In this document: one piece after another, positions 49,515 through 61,450 of the stretch
Layout of the letters: each line of letters opens with the position of its first letter
How positions within the stretch are numbered: position 1 is the stretch's first letter
DNA from: Octopus vulgaris
Taxonomy: Eukaryota
Direction of reading: 5' to 3'
DNA length: 64,000 bases
NCBI GenBank assembly: GCA_951406725.2
Contig: OX597823.1
Location: 34,968,001 to 35,032,000, forward strand
Notes under the pieces: model-generated
What the model was told of the DNA's origin: nothing
The model's database searches: none
The model's input: only the letters and a program-made list of their open reading frames with translations
Made by a program: the position numbers and the translations under genes

Positions 49515-49559
49515 GGACCACTGATGAGGTCACAGGAGTGTGACGAAAGAACTCTGGCC
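49515..49559 (+). ncRNA. Minimal hammerhead ribozyme with an extra G after the CUGAUGA core
   Basis: GG(A)CCA CUGAUGA G GUCACA-ggag-UGUGAC GAAA G-aa-CUC UGGCC. Predicted cleavage after C49554. Confidence 0.65.
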
Positions 49560-50496
49560 GAAATAAGATTAAGATTAATGTAAAAAAAAAATCACGCTGT
49601 AGCAAAGTAAAACCAAATATATAGTGCGTGTGTTTTTATTGGCTAAACTGGCAAAATGACCATTCCTAAATACAACAATATATATATAGACCACCAAAGT
49701 GGATTCCTAATAAGCTAAAGATAGACGCCAAATCGCCTTACCTCGAAGAGTGTGTTCTCAAGAAAAATTTCAGCAAATACCAGAATATAAAAATGAGCAA
49801 GACAAATGAAAATATATGAAATAAAAAACAATTACCTACTGACCATTGTTTTGTTTTGTTAATATTTACAAATATAAATATCTGTAAACTCATCAGCTAA
49901 TTTTACCGGTTAGAGAGCACCGTTATTTAAAAATTAAATAATGATGGTAGAAATTGATATTAATCAATTAAAACCAGTGGCTTAGCATATTTAAAAAATC
50001 CGAAGATTAAAAATTATATATCTTATTTACATTTGGAACAGACAAGCACATATATGCAAATGAAGACTGACACCCACACATCTATCTACTTATATGTGTA
50101 TATGCACATGTATGTAAGCATATGGCTATGAAAATAACAGATCAACATACAGATGGATAGGTACATAGGTTATATGAACAGACAAGCACATATATGCAAA
50201 TGAAGACTGAAACACATGACCATACATATGCACACACAAATATATATACATACACATACATACATACAAACATACATGCATAGGCACACACACACACATG
50301 CACACAAACAAACAAAAAGGAACGTAGTGTAAATAACAGAAATAGTCAAGACTATTGAAAAGGTAGCAAGATGCAACGAAAATTTTAGAAAAATAAAAAT
50401 AAGAAGCAAGTGGAAATTTTACCGGTAACTGTGTTAAATAATAAGGCACAAAAAGAAAATGACACTCCCCAGACAATAGAATGTGTGTGTGTGTGT

Positions 50497-50569
<73 letters not shown>

Positions 50570-50702
50570 CCTGCTCGCTTAGCCAGCGGGATGGCGTCAT
50601 TTGAAGGCTAAAACAATGCGAAGTGCATTGTGACCAGCGATGTGTAGCAACATCTGATAGCCTGAGCGCTCACGGTCACGGTGATATATATATATATACA
50701 CA

Positions 50703-51025
50703 CTATTACCTTGAGTCGACCAAAGCGTTGTGATTGGATTTGGTAGACAAAAACTGAAAGAAACCCTTCGTGTGTGTGTGTGTATCTGTTTGTACCCCCA
50801 CCTTCGGTTGGCAATCGTTGTTGGTATGTTTACGTCCCTGTAATCTAACGGCTCGGCTAAAAAGACCGATAGAATAAGTACTAGGCTTACAAAGAATAAG
50901 TCCTGGGGTCGATTTGCTCGACTAAAGGCAGTGCCCCAGCATGGCCGCAGTCAAATGCTTGAAACAAGTAAAAGAATAAAAAACTATGACATTTTAATCC
51001 CGAGCAACGCCGGGTATCTCATAGT
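50703..51025 (+). mobile_element. SINE 3' fragment fused to a Helitron-like 3' hairpin
   Basis: SINE tail followed by tatgacattttaatcccgagcaacgccgggtatctc. Confidence 0.65.
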
Positions 51026-51129
51026 TATTAAACCAGTTACTCTTTCAATTCAGGTTTGTAATACGATTTAGGTATGACGGTCAAATAAGAAACTGTCATA
51101 TAACAGAACTGAATCAATTGACTTAGAAA

Positions 51130-51250
51130 ACTCGAGCGAAGAGCAGGAGGAAGTGACACTCTTGGAGTTCGAGGAGAGCAAGTTCTCACAAGGAGAGGAG
51201 TAATCTCCCTTCGATATGACTGAAACCGGAAATTGATTAGTTCTTTCACC
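51130..51250 (+). promoter_or_regulatory. Probable TATA-less promoter of the IWS1-like gene
   Basis: Locally CpG-richer unique DNA with ETS-type motifs GGAAGTG (51149-51155) and CCGGAAAT (51226-51233), and Inr-like TTAGTT (51237-51242). No ATG between there and 51426. Confidence 0.55.
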
Positions 51251-51425
51251 GGAGCCGTTAAACAAATTGTGTTATTTTAGCCTGTACTCTGGTCAAAACT
51301 TGGATCCGCAGTACAAAACTGTTTGGATTATACATCATTTTACTGTAGAGTAGTCCCAACCCCTCCCCCAAACTTATCATTTTGGGGGATTAAAAAAAAA
51401 AATTTACACAAATTTCTGACTTGTC

Positions 51426-51447
51426 ATGGAAATCGATGCATCAGGAG
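51426..51447 (+). CDS. IWS1: IWS1-like first coding exon
   Basis: gtcATGG Kozak context; ATG GAA ATC GAT GCA TCA GGA G|gtattt. The phase-1 donor joins 63860 to give MEIDASGDQSGGSTPVQDE, similar to recalled human IWS1 [22 protein letters not shown]. Confidence 0.65.
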
Positions 51448-51566
51448 GTATTTATTTTCACTTTTTGATTCATATCAAGGCTTTTATTTCGTGCATGATG
51501 CTGATAGACGGTGAACTTAGTATTTTCGATTAACTCTTTACATATGTTTCTGTCTATCGTAAATAT

Positions 51567-51614
<48 letters not shown>

Positions 51615-52268
51615 CTGTGTGTAACAACCTTGACTGTTTATTATATAAAACACTTTTAGTATTTTGTTATCATGACATCCAACCTATTCCGTGTTTAAAC
51701 TTATTGGACTCCATTTACAAAGCAATGATAATTGTATTTTTTTTTTCCGCTTTGCAGTCCTCTTTATTCTCTCTCTATAGCATAAAAAAAAACACAAAAC
51801 ATTCCACCTGGACTTAAACATCAACAGAGACACCACCGACAGCAATCATGAGGGCTAATTTCTACTATTTGTCCAGTTTATATCTGTATGTGATAAGCTA
51901 TTGAGCAAATATTGGCTATGTATTATCGATATAATGTTTCTTCACCTTTAATCGGCAATTCTGACCTCTTTTGAATATTCTTTTAGTTGAGTTAACGTCA
52001 TCGGAGCAATTTTATAAGTACTTTTTGATCTTTTTTAATTACCATACTGTTATGATTTTCTTCTCGACACCTATGTTTGTTTTTATAGTTCATCTCATAG
52101 TACCATACGCCAATATACGAAAGCATGTAAAGTGTTTCACAATTTGTTGAATTTATTTTCCTTGTCTTTCTCTCACACACAAGCACTCATGTTTGTATTA
52201 TATATATATATGTATTATATGTATATATGTAATATATATATATATATTATTACATATATGTATGAATG

Positions 52269-52471
52269 GGTACTATTTAAGAAGAGTGGTCTCGGTGCGC
52301 GCACTCGCGTACTTGCGCATGCGCGCTAGCTAGTCGTGACTAGTCGATCCTTACTTTGTGTTTTATTTACTTGCTAAGTAGTCGTTTTAGGATGGACTAG
52401 TCATGACTAGCCAGCGCGGATGCGCGAGTACACGTGTGCGTGCACCGGGACCACTCTTCTTAAATAGTACC
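52269..52471. mobile_element. GC/CpG-rich MITE with ~80-bp TIRs
   Basis: ggtactatttaagaagagtggtc...gactagtc.atcc / ggat.gactagtc...gaccactcttcttaaatagtacc. Confidence 0.9.
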
Positions 52472-52611
52472 TATGTGTTATATATATATATATGTATATA
52501 TATGTATGTATTATATATACATATATTTGTACCATACACACACACACACATATATATATGCATATATACATATGTTTGTGTATTATATATATATATATAT
52601 ATACACACACA

Positions 52612-52957
52612 CTAGCAGTATCGCCCGGCGTTGCTCAGATTTGTAAGGGAAATAACTATATAAGCATTTTTAGAGATGTAAAGTATAATAGCCATCTCAA
52701 TATGGTTAACCACAAAGGGGGGTGTTACTGTAGCTTTTTACGTATTGAGATTTAATAATAAACTTTTAGAGAATTAACTTCCCCCAAAAATGCATTAAAA
52801 ATGGGAAAAATTGATGGTAATACCCAGAAGGGCTCGATATGAATCACGACTATAAGATACCCGGTTTTGGTTAAACTGCACCGCAAAATGTGGGAGTAGT
52901 TAGGAATCTAAATCGTAGGAGACAGACAACACACAACCTTACTTTTATATATAAAGA
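52612..52957 (-). mobile_element. Non-autonomous Helitron
   Basis: Minus strand reads A|TCTTTATATATAAAAG...gagcaacgccgggcgatactgCTAG|T: 5' TC, 3' GC-rich hairpin + CTAG, A/T target site. Confidence 0.8.
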
Positions 52958-52979
52958 TATATATATGCATGTACTTATA

Positions 52980-53620
52980 TGGATCTTTTCAGTTTGAACG
53001 GCAGTTTTTTTTAATAATTTCTATGTAACTAAAAAAATTTAAACTTCCTATACTGGTAGGATGTGTTTATAAAATATCTTTTTCTCTTGACTTTCTTGAG
53101 AAAATTCTGTAGTTTGTAAGATATTTGGTCTGTAATTTCTTGCATTTCGACAATTTCAACCAATCAATGACGTCTATTGAGGTAAAAACAATATCTGCCA
53201 AAGTCTGTCAACAACAATTTTTTGCAGTGTCATGAAAATTTCCCTAAGAAACAGATTGGGTTTATTTACATTTCTGAAGAAAAAATATACCCTTCCCCCA
53301 CATCTAACCATAACTAACCCGCCCCACCCCTAACTCTTACCTTAACCCTAACTAACCCTAGAACAGATTGAAATGCAATAGATCGATACTAGGGTCATAA
53401 TTATGGGTGGACACTAAAGAGTAAATAAACCCAATCTGTTTCTTAGGGACTTCAGCAGATATTGTTTTCACCTCAATAGACGTCATTGATTGGTTGAAAT
53501 TGCCGAAATGCAAAAAAATTACAGACCAAATATCTTACAAACTACAGAATTTTCTCAAGAAAACTAAGAGAAAAAGATGTTTTATAAACACATTTGACCA
53601 GTATACGAAATTTAAAATTT
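52980..53620. mobile_element. Foldback/MITE with ~200-bp TIRs and a central telomere-like (CCCTAA) tract
   Basis: ~53035-53270 is inverted to ~53421-53620. The spacer contains taaccc/taaccct repeats (~53304-53360). Confidence 0.85.
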
Positions 53621-53969
53621 AAAATATGATACATATATTATATATATAATGGCAGTGCCCCAGCATGGCCACAGCTCATGAGCTGAAACTAGAATCAATC
53701 AATCAATCAATCATATAATACATATACATACATATATTTATATATATACGTTTATATATTTGTTGTGCAAGATTTTTTATGTGAAGTCATGTGTTGAAAC
53801 AGATTGTTATATTTCGGAATTCTAGGTGCAATCCCATGATCATTCATCACCAAAGGGGATCTCCTCCAGACATATATATGTATTATATATGTCTATTATA
53901 TTTATTTATCTATGTATTATATATCTGGCTATCTATCTATCTATATATATATATACACACACACACATC

Positions 53970-54255
53970 GTGAGGCTGTGAGTTTGAATCCCAGACCGAG
54001 CTGCGTGTTGTGTTCTTGAGCAAGACACTTTATTTCACGTTGCTCAAGTTCACTCGGCTGTAGAATTGAGTTCGATGTCACAAGTGCCAAGCTGTATCAG
54101 CCTTTGCCTTTCCCTTGGATAACACTGGTGGCGTGGAGAGGGGTGGTCGGTATGCATGGGCGACTGCTGGTCTTCCATAAAGCAATCTTGCCTGGGAGGG
54201 TAACTTTCTACGTGCAATCCCATGGTCATTCATGACCGAAGAGGCGGGGGTCTTT
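53970..54255 (+). mobile_element. tRNA-derived CORE-like SINE
   Basis: B-box-like gagtttgaatcc followed by gtgttcttgagcaagacactttatttcacgttgctc. Confidence 0.7.
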
Positions 54256-54263
54256 CAGCATGT

Positions 54264-54309
<46 letters not shown>

Positions 54310-54754
54310 ATGTCCTGTACTCTATTTTTTTGTTGTTTAAGAAAAATGTCCATTTCCTTGGTTTTGTGTTTAACTTTTTGTTTCTCATTGTGTTCGACGT
54401 TTTTTTTTGGTGTCCTGTATCCATATATGCATGTATATATATATACAAGTAGAGGTAGGTACGTACATATTTGTATGTATATATGCATATGTTTTATTTA
54501 TTTATTAATTTATTATATATATTGATATATTGTAGATAAATTGTAGATAAAGAAATAAATGGAGTTAACACCTACATTTAACTCCATTTATTTATTTATC
54601 TGTGTTATATGAAAACATTTCACCAAGACCTGGAATTTTTACCTTTATAAGTAGGCTGTTTCATACTTGGTACTTATGTGAATTTTTGCTGCCCTAGTAA
54701 CTATTTATTCATTGTTTCCATGTTACTTTTTAAACATTCATTAAATACACATAC

Positions 54755-55118
54755 ATCATCATCATCGTTTAACGTCTGCTTTCCATGCTAGCATGGGTTG
54801 GACGATTTGATTGAGGGCTGGCAAACCAGATGGCTGCACCAGGCTCCAATCTTGATCTGGCAGAGTTTCTACAGCTGGATGCCCTTTCTAACGCCAACCA
54901 CTCCGAGAGTGTAGTGGGTACTTTTACGTGCCACCGGCACAAGGACCAGCCAGGCAGTACTGGCAACGACCTCACTCGAACATTTTTCACGTGCCAGTAA
55001 GGCGATGCTGGTAACGATCACACTCGAATGGTGCCTTTTTTTATGTTACTGGCACGGAAACCAGTTGGCCACTCTGTCAACGATCATGCTCGTATGGTAC
55101 TCTTTGCGCCCCGCTAGC
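54755..55118 (-). mobile_element. RTE LINE 3' UTR fragment
   Basis: (CAT)n tail, ccatgctagcatggg stem-loop and acgtgccaccggcac repeats. Confidence 0.85.
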
Positions 55119-55269
55119 ATTTTAATAGGAGGGTTAGCGACCTTAAAAGTTGCAATTGTAGGTATAAAAACCACTGTAAACTTAACGGTAGATGTAATGT
55201 AATGGATGTAGTATATAAATATGTGGTTTCTGTAAATATAGATGGAAATGAATAAAGCGAAATAAATAA

Positions 55270-55640
55270 TACGGATATTGAAAGTTATCCAGATAGAACG
55301 TATATTGGGTCCACATCGAATAAAATTAAACAACGAATAGCACAGCATATGAATTCATTTAGAAATAAGAAACTAATGAAATCAACAGGTTTAAGTAAAT
55401 ACATTTGGAGGTTAAACTTGAAAGAAATCAAATATGAATTAAAGTGGGAAATAATAAGTAAAACTAAATCATATAGAATTGAGAATACGTTATGTCTGTT
55501 GTGTACCCATGAATTAATGGAGATATTATGGGCCAAAACGAGACTACTTAACGCTCAGAAGGAAAAAAAAATGAAATGTAAACATACACTGAAGTGTTTA
55601 ATTAATAACGTCCAACCCTAAAATAAAGAAATAAATTTAA
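55270..55640 (+). mobile_element. Penelope-like element GIY-YIG endonuclease C-terminal fragment
   Basis: YPDRTYIGSTSNKIKQRIAQHMNSFRNKKLMKSTGLSKYIWRL...KWEIISKTKSY...CLLCTHE..ILW...LLN. Confidence 0.8.
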
Positions 55641-55690
55641 TTTGTATGTAATGTTACTACTACTATTATTTAATATGAACGTATTCTACT

Positions 55691-56077
55691 AGGCGCAGGA
55701 ATGGCTGTGTGGTAAGTAGCTTGCTTACCAACCACATGGTTCCGGGTTCAGTCCCACTGTGTGGCATCTTGGGCAAGTATCTTCTACTATAGCCTCGGGC
55801 CAACCAAAGCCTTGTGAGTGGATTTGGTAGATGGAAACTGAAAGAAGCCCGTTGTATATATGTATATATATGTTTGTGTGTCTGTGCTTGTCCCCCTAGC
55901 ATTGCTTGACAACTGATGCTGGTGTGTTTACGTCGCTGTCACTTAGCGGTTCGCAAAAGAGAGCAATAGAATAAGTACTGGGCTTACAAAGAATAAGTCC
56001 CGGGGTCGATTTGTTTGACTAAAGGTGGTGCTCCAGCATGGCTGCAGTCAAATGACTGAAACAAGTAAAAGAGAGAG
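55691..56077 (+). mobile_element. Full-length tRNA-derived SINE (octopus-type)
   Basis: A box tggctgtgtggtaag, B box ggttcagtccc, CORE-like cttgggcaagt, internal (TA)(TG) tract and tail actgaaacaagtaaaagag. A 5' fragment also lies at ~48679-48782. Confidence 0.88.
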
Positions 56078-57140
56078 TATTAGTTTAAATTAACTTACCA
56101 TTCGATGTGGGGAGGTATAGTAGTGTGGTGAGTGTGAACAAAGGGTGGGAATAATAAGAAATAAAAGAAAGTAATGCCCACATAATGCATTTATTTATTT
56201 CTTGCACCATTGTTACTATTAAGATAATATGCTAATTAAGCAACAGTTTAAAAGAAGCAGCAAGTATGTGGGAATGTAGACACTTTTGCTGAGCCTTGCG
56301 GTGTTAAGTTGAACTTAACTCGAATTATGACCATGTTATACAACAGTAGATTGAACATATTTTTTATGACTTTTGTTTTACGATATTTTTTTATGTTATT
56401 ATTGCACTCTAATTTATACTTTGTAAATTAAGATTATTATATTTTATCTTTTAAAATTTTTTCTCCATAGATTTCATTATATATCTTTTTATACTTTTTG
56501 CATTTTGACATTCATTCGTATTTGTTTACGTCCACTGTTATCTTCTGCATTTCACTACTCACAGTTTTGAACTGCTAAACATTATTATTGCACTTCCTCA
56601 ATTTGAATCTTAAACATTAAAGACTTCATTCATACATTTCTATACATACATACTTTTTTGAATGCCCATTACTCCGATAATTCTGCATTTTTACAGTTAC
56701 ACTATTTTCATGACAGTAGATAGATTTTTTTATTCCACAACGTATTTGTAGTGGCTTCACGCAAACATAGCGTGGATTTGATCCTCGATTGCCAAATTTC
56801 ACTGAATACTTCAACAGCATTTTTCTCATGGTAAAACAATATTTTTGCTGTGAATGACAGCAGTTATACATTTCCCAGATGCCTTCACGAAGCAGAATAA
56901 TGTCTTTGCCTCTTGCCAACCTCCAACAACCTCTCTCACCAACCTCTGACAATCTTTCTCGTCAACCTCCAACAATCTCTCCATCCTCCAGCTGACAGTA
57001 TTTTGTACTTTTTCGTGACGGAAAATACACCTTTTATGGCAGTTATAACAAAATTGCTTTCTTATATCAGAGTAATAAGGCATTTCAATAGAACATCTTT
57101 ACCCCGCCGGGAATTACCATATACACCAGCTAGTATATAT

Positions 57141-58215
57141 ATCATCATCATCATTTAATGTCCGCTTTCCATGCTAGCATGGGTTGGACGATTTGACTGA
57201 GCTCTGGCGAACCAGACCCCAATCTGATCTGGCAGAGTTTCTACAGCTGGATGCCCTCCCTAACGCCAACCACTCCGAGAGTGTAGTGGGTGCTTTTACG
57301 TGCCACCGGCACGAAGGCCAGTTTGGTGGTACTGGCAACGGCCATGCCCAAATGGTGCTTTTTATGTGCCACCTGCACAGGAGCCAGTCCAGTGGCACTG
57401 GCAACGACCTCGCTCGAATGTTTCATGTGCCACCAGCACAAGTGCTAGTATGGCAATGCGGTAATGATCACGCTCGAATAGTGTGTTTAACGTGCCATTG
57501 GTACAAAGGCCAACTTGTTGCTCTGGCAACGATCTCACTCGTATGGTACTCTTAGCACCCCACTAGCAACGGATGCCAGTCACCGAGTTTGATTTCGATT
57601 TCACTTGCCTCAACTGGTCTTCGCAAGCAGAGTTTAGTATCCAATGAAGAAAAGGCACGCATAAGTGGACTGGTTACACTCCTAGCATAGGCCACAAGGT
57701 TATGGTCACACTTGCGCTTGCCGAGTCTTCTGCAGCACAGCATATTTCCAGAGGTCCCGGTCACTAGTCATTGCCTCGGTGAGGCCTAATATTTGAAGGT
57801 CATGCTTCACCACCTCATCCCAGGTCTTCCTGGGTCTACCTCTTCCACAGGTTCCTTCAACCACTAGGGTGTGGCACTTTTTCACACAGCTATCCTCATC
57901 CATTCTTGCCACCATACCAGCGCAATTGTCTCTCTTGCACACCACATCTGATGCTTATTAGGTCCAACTTTTCTCTCAAGGTACTACACTCTGTCAAGTA
58001 TGCATACTGACATGACACATGGCTGTTCGTACACATGCGTCGTACAGTCTACCTTTTACTCTGAGCGAGAGGCCCTTTGTCACCAGCAGAAGTAAGAGCT
58101 CTCTGAACTTAGCCCAGGTTATTCTTATTCTAGCAGCTACACTTTCAGTGCACCTTCCCCCGCTACTGACTTGGTCACCTAGGTAACGGAAGCTATCAAC
58201 TACTTCTAGTTTTTC
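57141..58215 (-). mobile_element. RTE LINE 3' portion, related subfamily, with internal deletion
   Basis: [20 protein letters not shown]...[12 protein letters not shown]; [17 protein letters not shown]. Segment encoding LHGSETW...MLRW is missing. (GAT)n tail. Confidence 0.9.
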
Positions 58216-58679
58216 TATGCATGTATATATGTGAGATAATAGTTTCACTTTAATACTTTAAAGTATCTCACATTACAACAGAGCTGTTATGGTTTCACTT
58301 TTGACATGTAATATTGAAATAGTGTAAGAGATAAGAGATTGTTCTGATCTCGCATTAGTCAAGAAGTTGAACATTTTTTTGACCTGTGACACTGCATGGA
58401 CCCTATGTAAGACATGTGTAAAATTTGAATGAAATTGGTTGGGTAGTTCTTGAGTTTTAGTGATGCACACATACGGACAGACACATTCTCAGCTTTATAT
58501 ATATAAATAATGCTGCCTTTTGAATGAAACTACATTAAAACTATAACTTTAATTTACTAATAGATATACTGATATAAAATAAGCTTATTCTAACTAATTA
58601 AACTTCTGCAAGATGGTGGAAATTCACTATTTGGATAGACAGTGTGCATGGTATATCAGATAGATGGCTTATTTTATGT

Positions 58680-60070
58680 TGTTTCATATGTTTGCAAGGT
58701 CTAGAAGTGTTCTAATAAAAAGTCAGTTGTTACTTATTTTGATGATGGATCTTAAAAACAGGGAGTTGGATCTTTCTCTGTCTGGGGGTTGACTATTGAT
58801 AGTTGTCATAGACCTCCATTGACTCTGCTTGTAGCATCAGAAACAAGAAATAACCTGGCTGATTTGAAAGTGACTGTACTAGAAGCAGCTATATCCTGGT
58901 TAAAACACTATTTGAAAAAAAAATTTGATTTTGTTATCTTCAGCCAAACATCACTCAATGTTGGAGTTGAAGAGATTGTAGCAGGACATCTCAGCATAGA
59001 ATACATACTTGAACATCTATTTTGCAATGTGCACCCTTCACTTTTGTTCGATTGAGTAATAACTAAACAGTGGAGTGACAGTGAGAATACAATTGGACAA
59101 GACAAAATTTATTCTAAGTTTTCTTATAAATGCAACATCGAGCTCATTTAGTGTCACTGAACAGGCTCTTGATTGCATAACAAAATTAATCAATCATGAT
59201 TTTGATCACAAGTCATGGAGCAAAGTGGGTGAATTTCAGAAGCACATTCAACCACAGGTTAATAAATCTGTTGCCCTGAAGAATGAACATTTTCACTGTC
59301 TTACTTTAACTTGTGCAATAACTTTATATCACCTGGATGATGTGGCATTGTATTTGGCGAAATACGAGCATGTTACAAATCAACTGGCTTGTATTATATG
59401 ATGTTTCATAGGCCTGGAGTTCCTCAAAATCTTGTATTGCGCAGGAGCGCTGATTGGACTGCACCTTGCCGAACCATTCCTTTCACTCACACTTCAACAA
59501 ACACAACCTACTCAAAACTTGTACCTGCTTTCAAACAACTTTATCATGACCTTTCCACAGTGGATCCAAACCGATTGCTAAATGCACATAGTCCTGCATT
59601 CAGTTTCATATCTTCTAGCAGATTCCAGGAAAACCAGTTATGATGAAGATATATGCTGTGCTGTTGAAGCTATTGCAACCGAGTTGAAGCCAGCGGTATT
59701 AAAAGTACTGTTGAGGCTTCTTACAAAGTTAGCAGATGGTTTTCAGAACCGGGAGGGAGTTCTGTTTGGTTTTGGAAACATCATCAAAGAGCCTTCCCAT
59801 GCTCTGGCAAACATGAGCTTTGTTAAACTAGAGAGAGCTCCCTTTCACGATCTCAATTCAGAACACAGTGTGGGATCTATCAACTCTGAGATGAGTCATC
59901 AAGGTGCCAAGCAACTTAAACTAGCATCTTCTTCCCAAGTTAAATTCAAGTCAGTGAAAGCAGACGTTAAACGAGAGTCCAGGGCATTCAGGCAATATAC
60001 CAACTCACCAAACCTAGGGGGCAGGTGCCTGACATCATTAAAAAATGGGATAACCGCTAGCATCAGTTAA
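58680..60070 (+). pseudogene. Degenerate DDE transposase-like sequence of unclear superfamily
   Basis: Broken ORFs in series with DDGS.KQGVGSF, HLFCNVHP (CxxH) and HDLNSEHSVGSIN (candidate catalytic E). Confidence 0.5.
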
Positions 60071-60239
60071 TTGTGGACATTTGAGAAGAAACTGCCGATA
60101 TGAAAGCAAAACCTCAAAGTAAACTTAGCTAAGATGTTAGTATGTAGGACAGAAGTTAGTATGATAGTCACTTGGACAGTTAATCAAGTAATACAAAGTG
60201 TCATTCTCAATGACTGGGGTAATAGTATAATTGTAAACA

Positions 60240-61450
60240 GCTATAATGACAGAGGAGATACTTTAAAGAGAAGAAATTATAGAGGAACCAAATTGTTGGA
60301 CTGAGCTATGAAGGTCATGGGGAGAGTTGTAGCACAATTGATTAGGATCAGAATTATGCTAGATGAAATGCAGTTTGGCTTTGTACTTGGGAAAGGTTCC
60401 ACAAGTGCAATCTTTCTATTAAGCCGCAGAAGAAATCCCTAGCTGAGAGTAAACCACTATACTTGGCATTTGCTGTTTTTTGAGAAGGACTTTGATGGGG
60501 TGCAACACTTTGTAATTTGGGGGTTAATAAGAAAACTAAGAGAAGATAAATGGCTTTGGTGGCCGTACAGCTGTGTACTAAGTAAAGTGTGTCAACAATG
60601 TGTTTAAGGCTCAGCCTTCAACCCTTTCCTATTCATCATAGCCTTTTAGGCCGTCATAGAAGAGTTGAAGAGTGGCTACCCTTGGGAATTCCCATTTGTT
60701 GATGATCTAGTTCTTTTAGCTGAATCTGTAGTGGAAATTTGAGAAGTAATTCCAGGTATGAAAGCAAACCCCAGAATCAACAGGCCTCAAGATAAACTTA
60801 GTTAAGGTATTAGTAAGAAAAAAGACAGGATCCTAATATGATCAGGGAAATGGCCTTGCATGATCTGCAGAAAAAGGAGTAGGTAAGAATTCCATATGCA
60901 CTACCAAGTCTAATCTATGGACACTTGTGAGGTGTAGTGGAATCACAAGCAATATAGAAGGCAAACTTTATTTGGTTAAGTTGTACTGGAGCAATACACA
61001 ATAAGAGTATACTGAAAATAGACTCTCCTAAAAGCCTGGAAGATTCATTAGAATTAGTCAGTAGTTTTAATTACTCAAGAGACATAGCAGAGTTTCAGAA
61101 AGTGTAGTAGATAAGGTAAGAAAAGGCTGGAAAGAATTCAGGGGTTTCTTATCTCTGTTAGCATCTAAAATTTTTTCCTTCAGTATGGACACATTGTATG
61201 ATACTTAATGTTAAAAATTTAATGCTGCATGGTACTGAGATGGGTGCCTTGAATGTAGAAGACCTGTGTAAATAGAAAGAAATGAGGGAGCATATTCAGA
61301 TGGATGTCTAATGTTTGTGTACATGAATGCTGCAATACAAGTGATCTGAGAAAAAAACTGCATATAAGGGGAATTAGATATAGTGTACTCGTATAGATAT
61401 AATGTGTATAGGGGATGACTACTGTATAAGGAAGTGCTGAGTGCTGTAAG
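60240..61450 (+). mobile_element. Old degenerate RTE LINE RT fragment
   Basis: [53 protein letters not shown], with frameshifts. Confidence 0.85.

Noticed and set aside
55691-55765. tRNA-like A/B boxes
   Set aside because: Head of a SINE. No complete cloverleaf, and it continues into a repeat body found elsewhere in the window.
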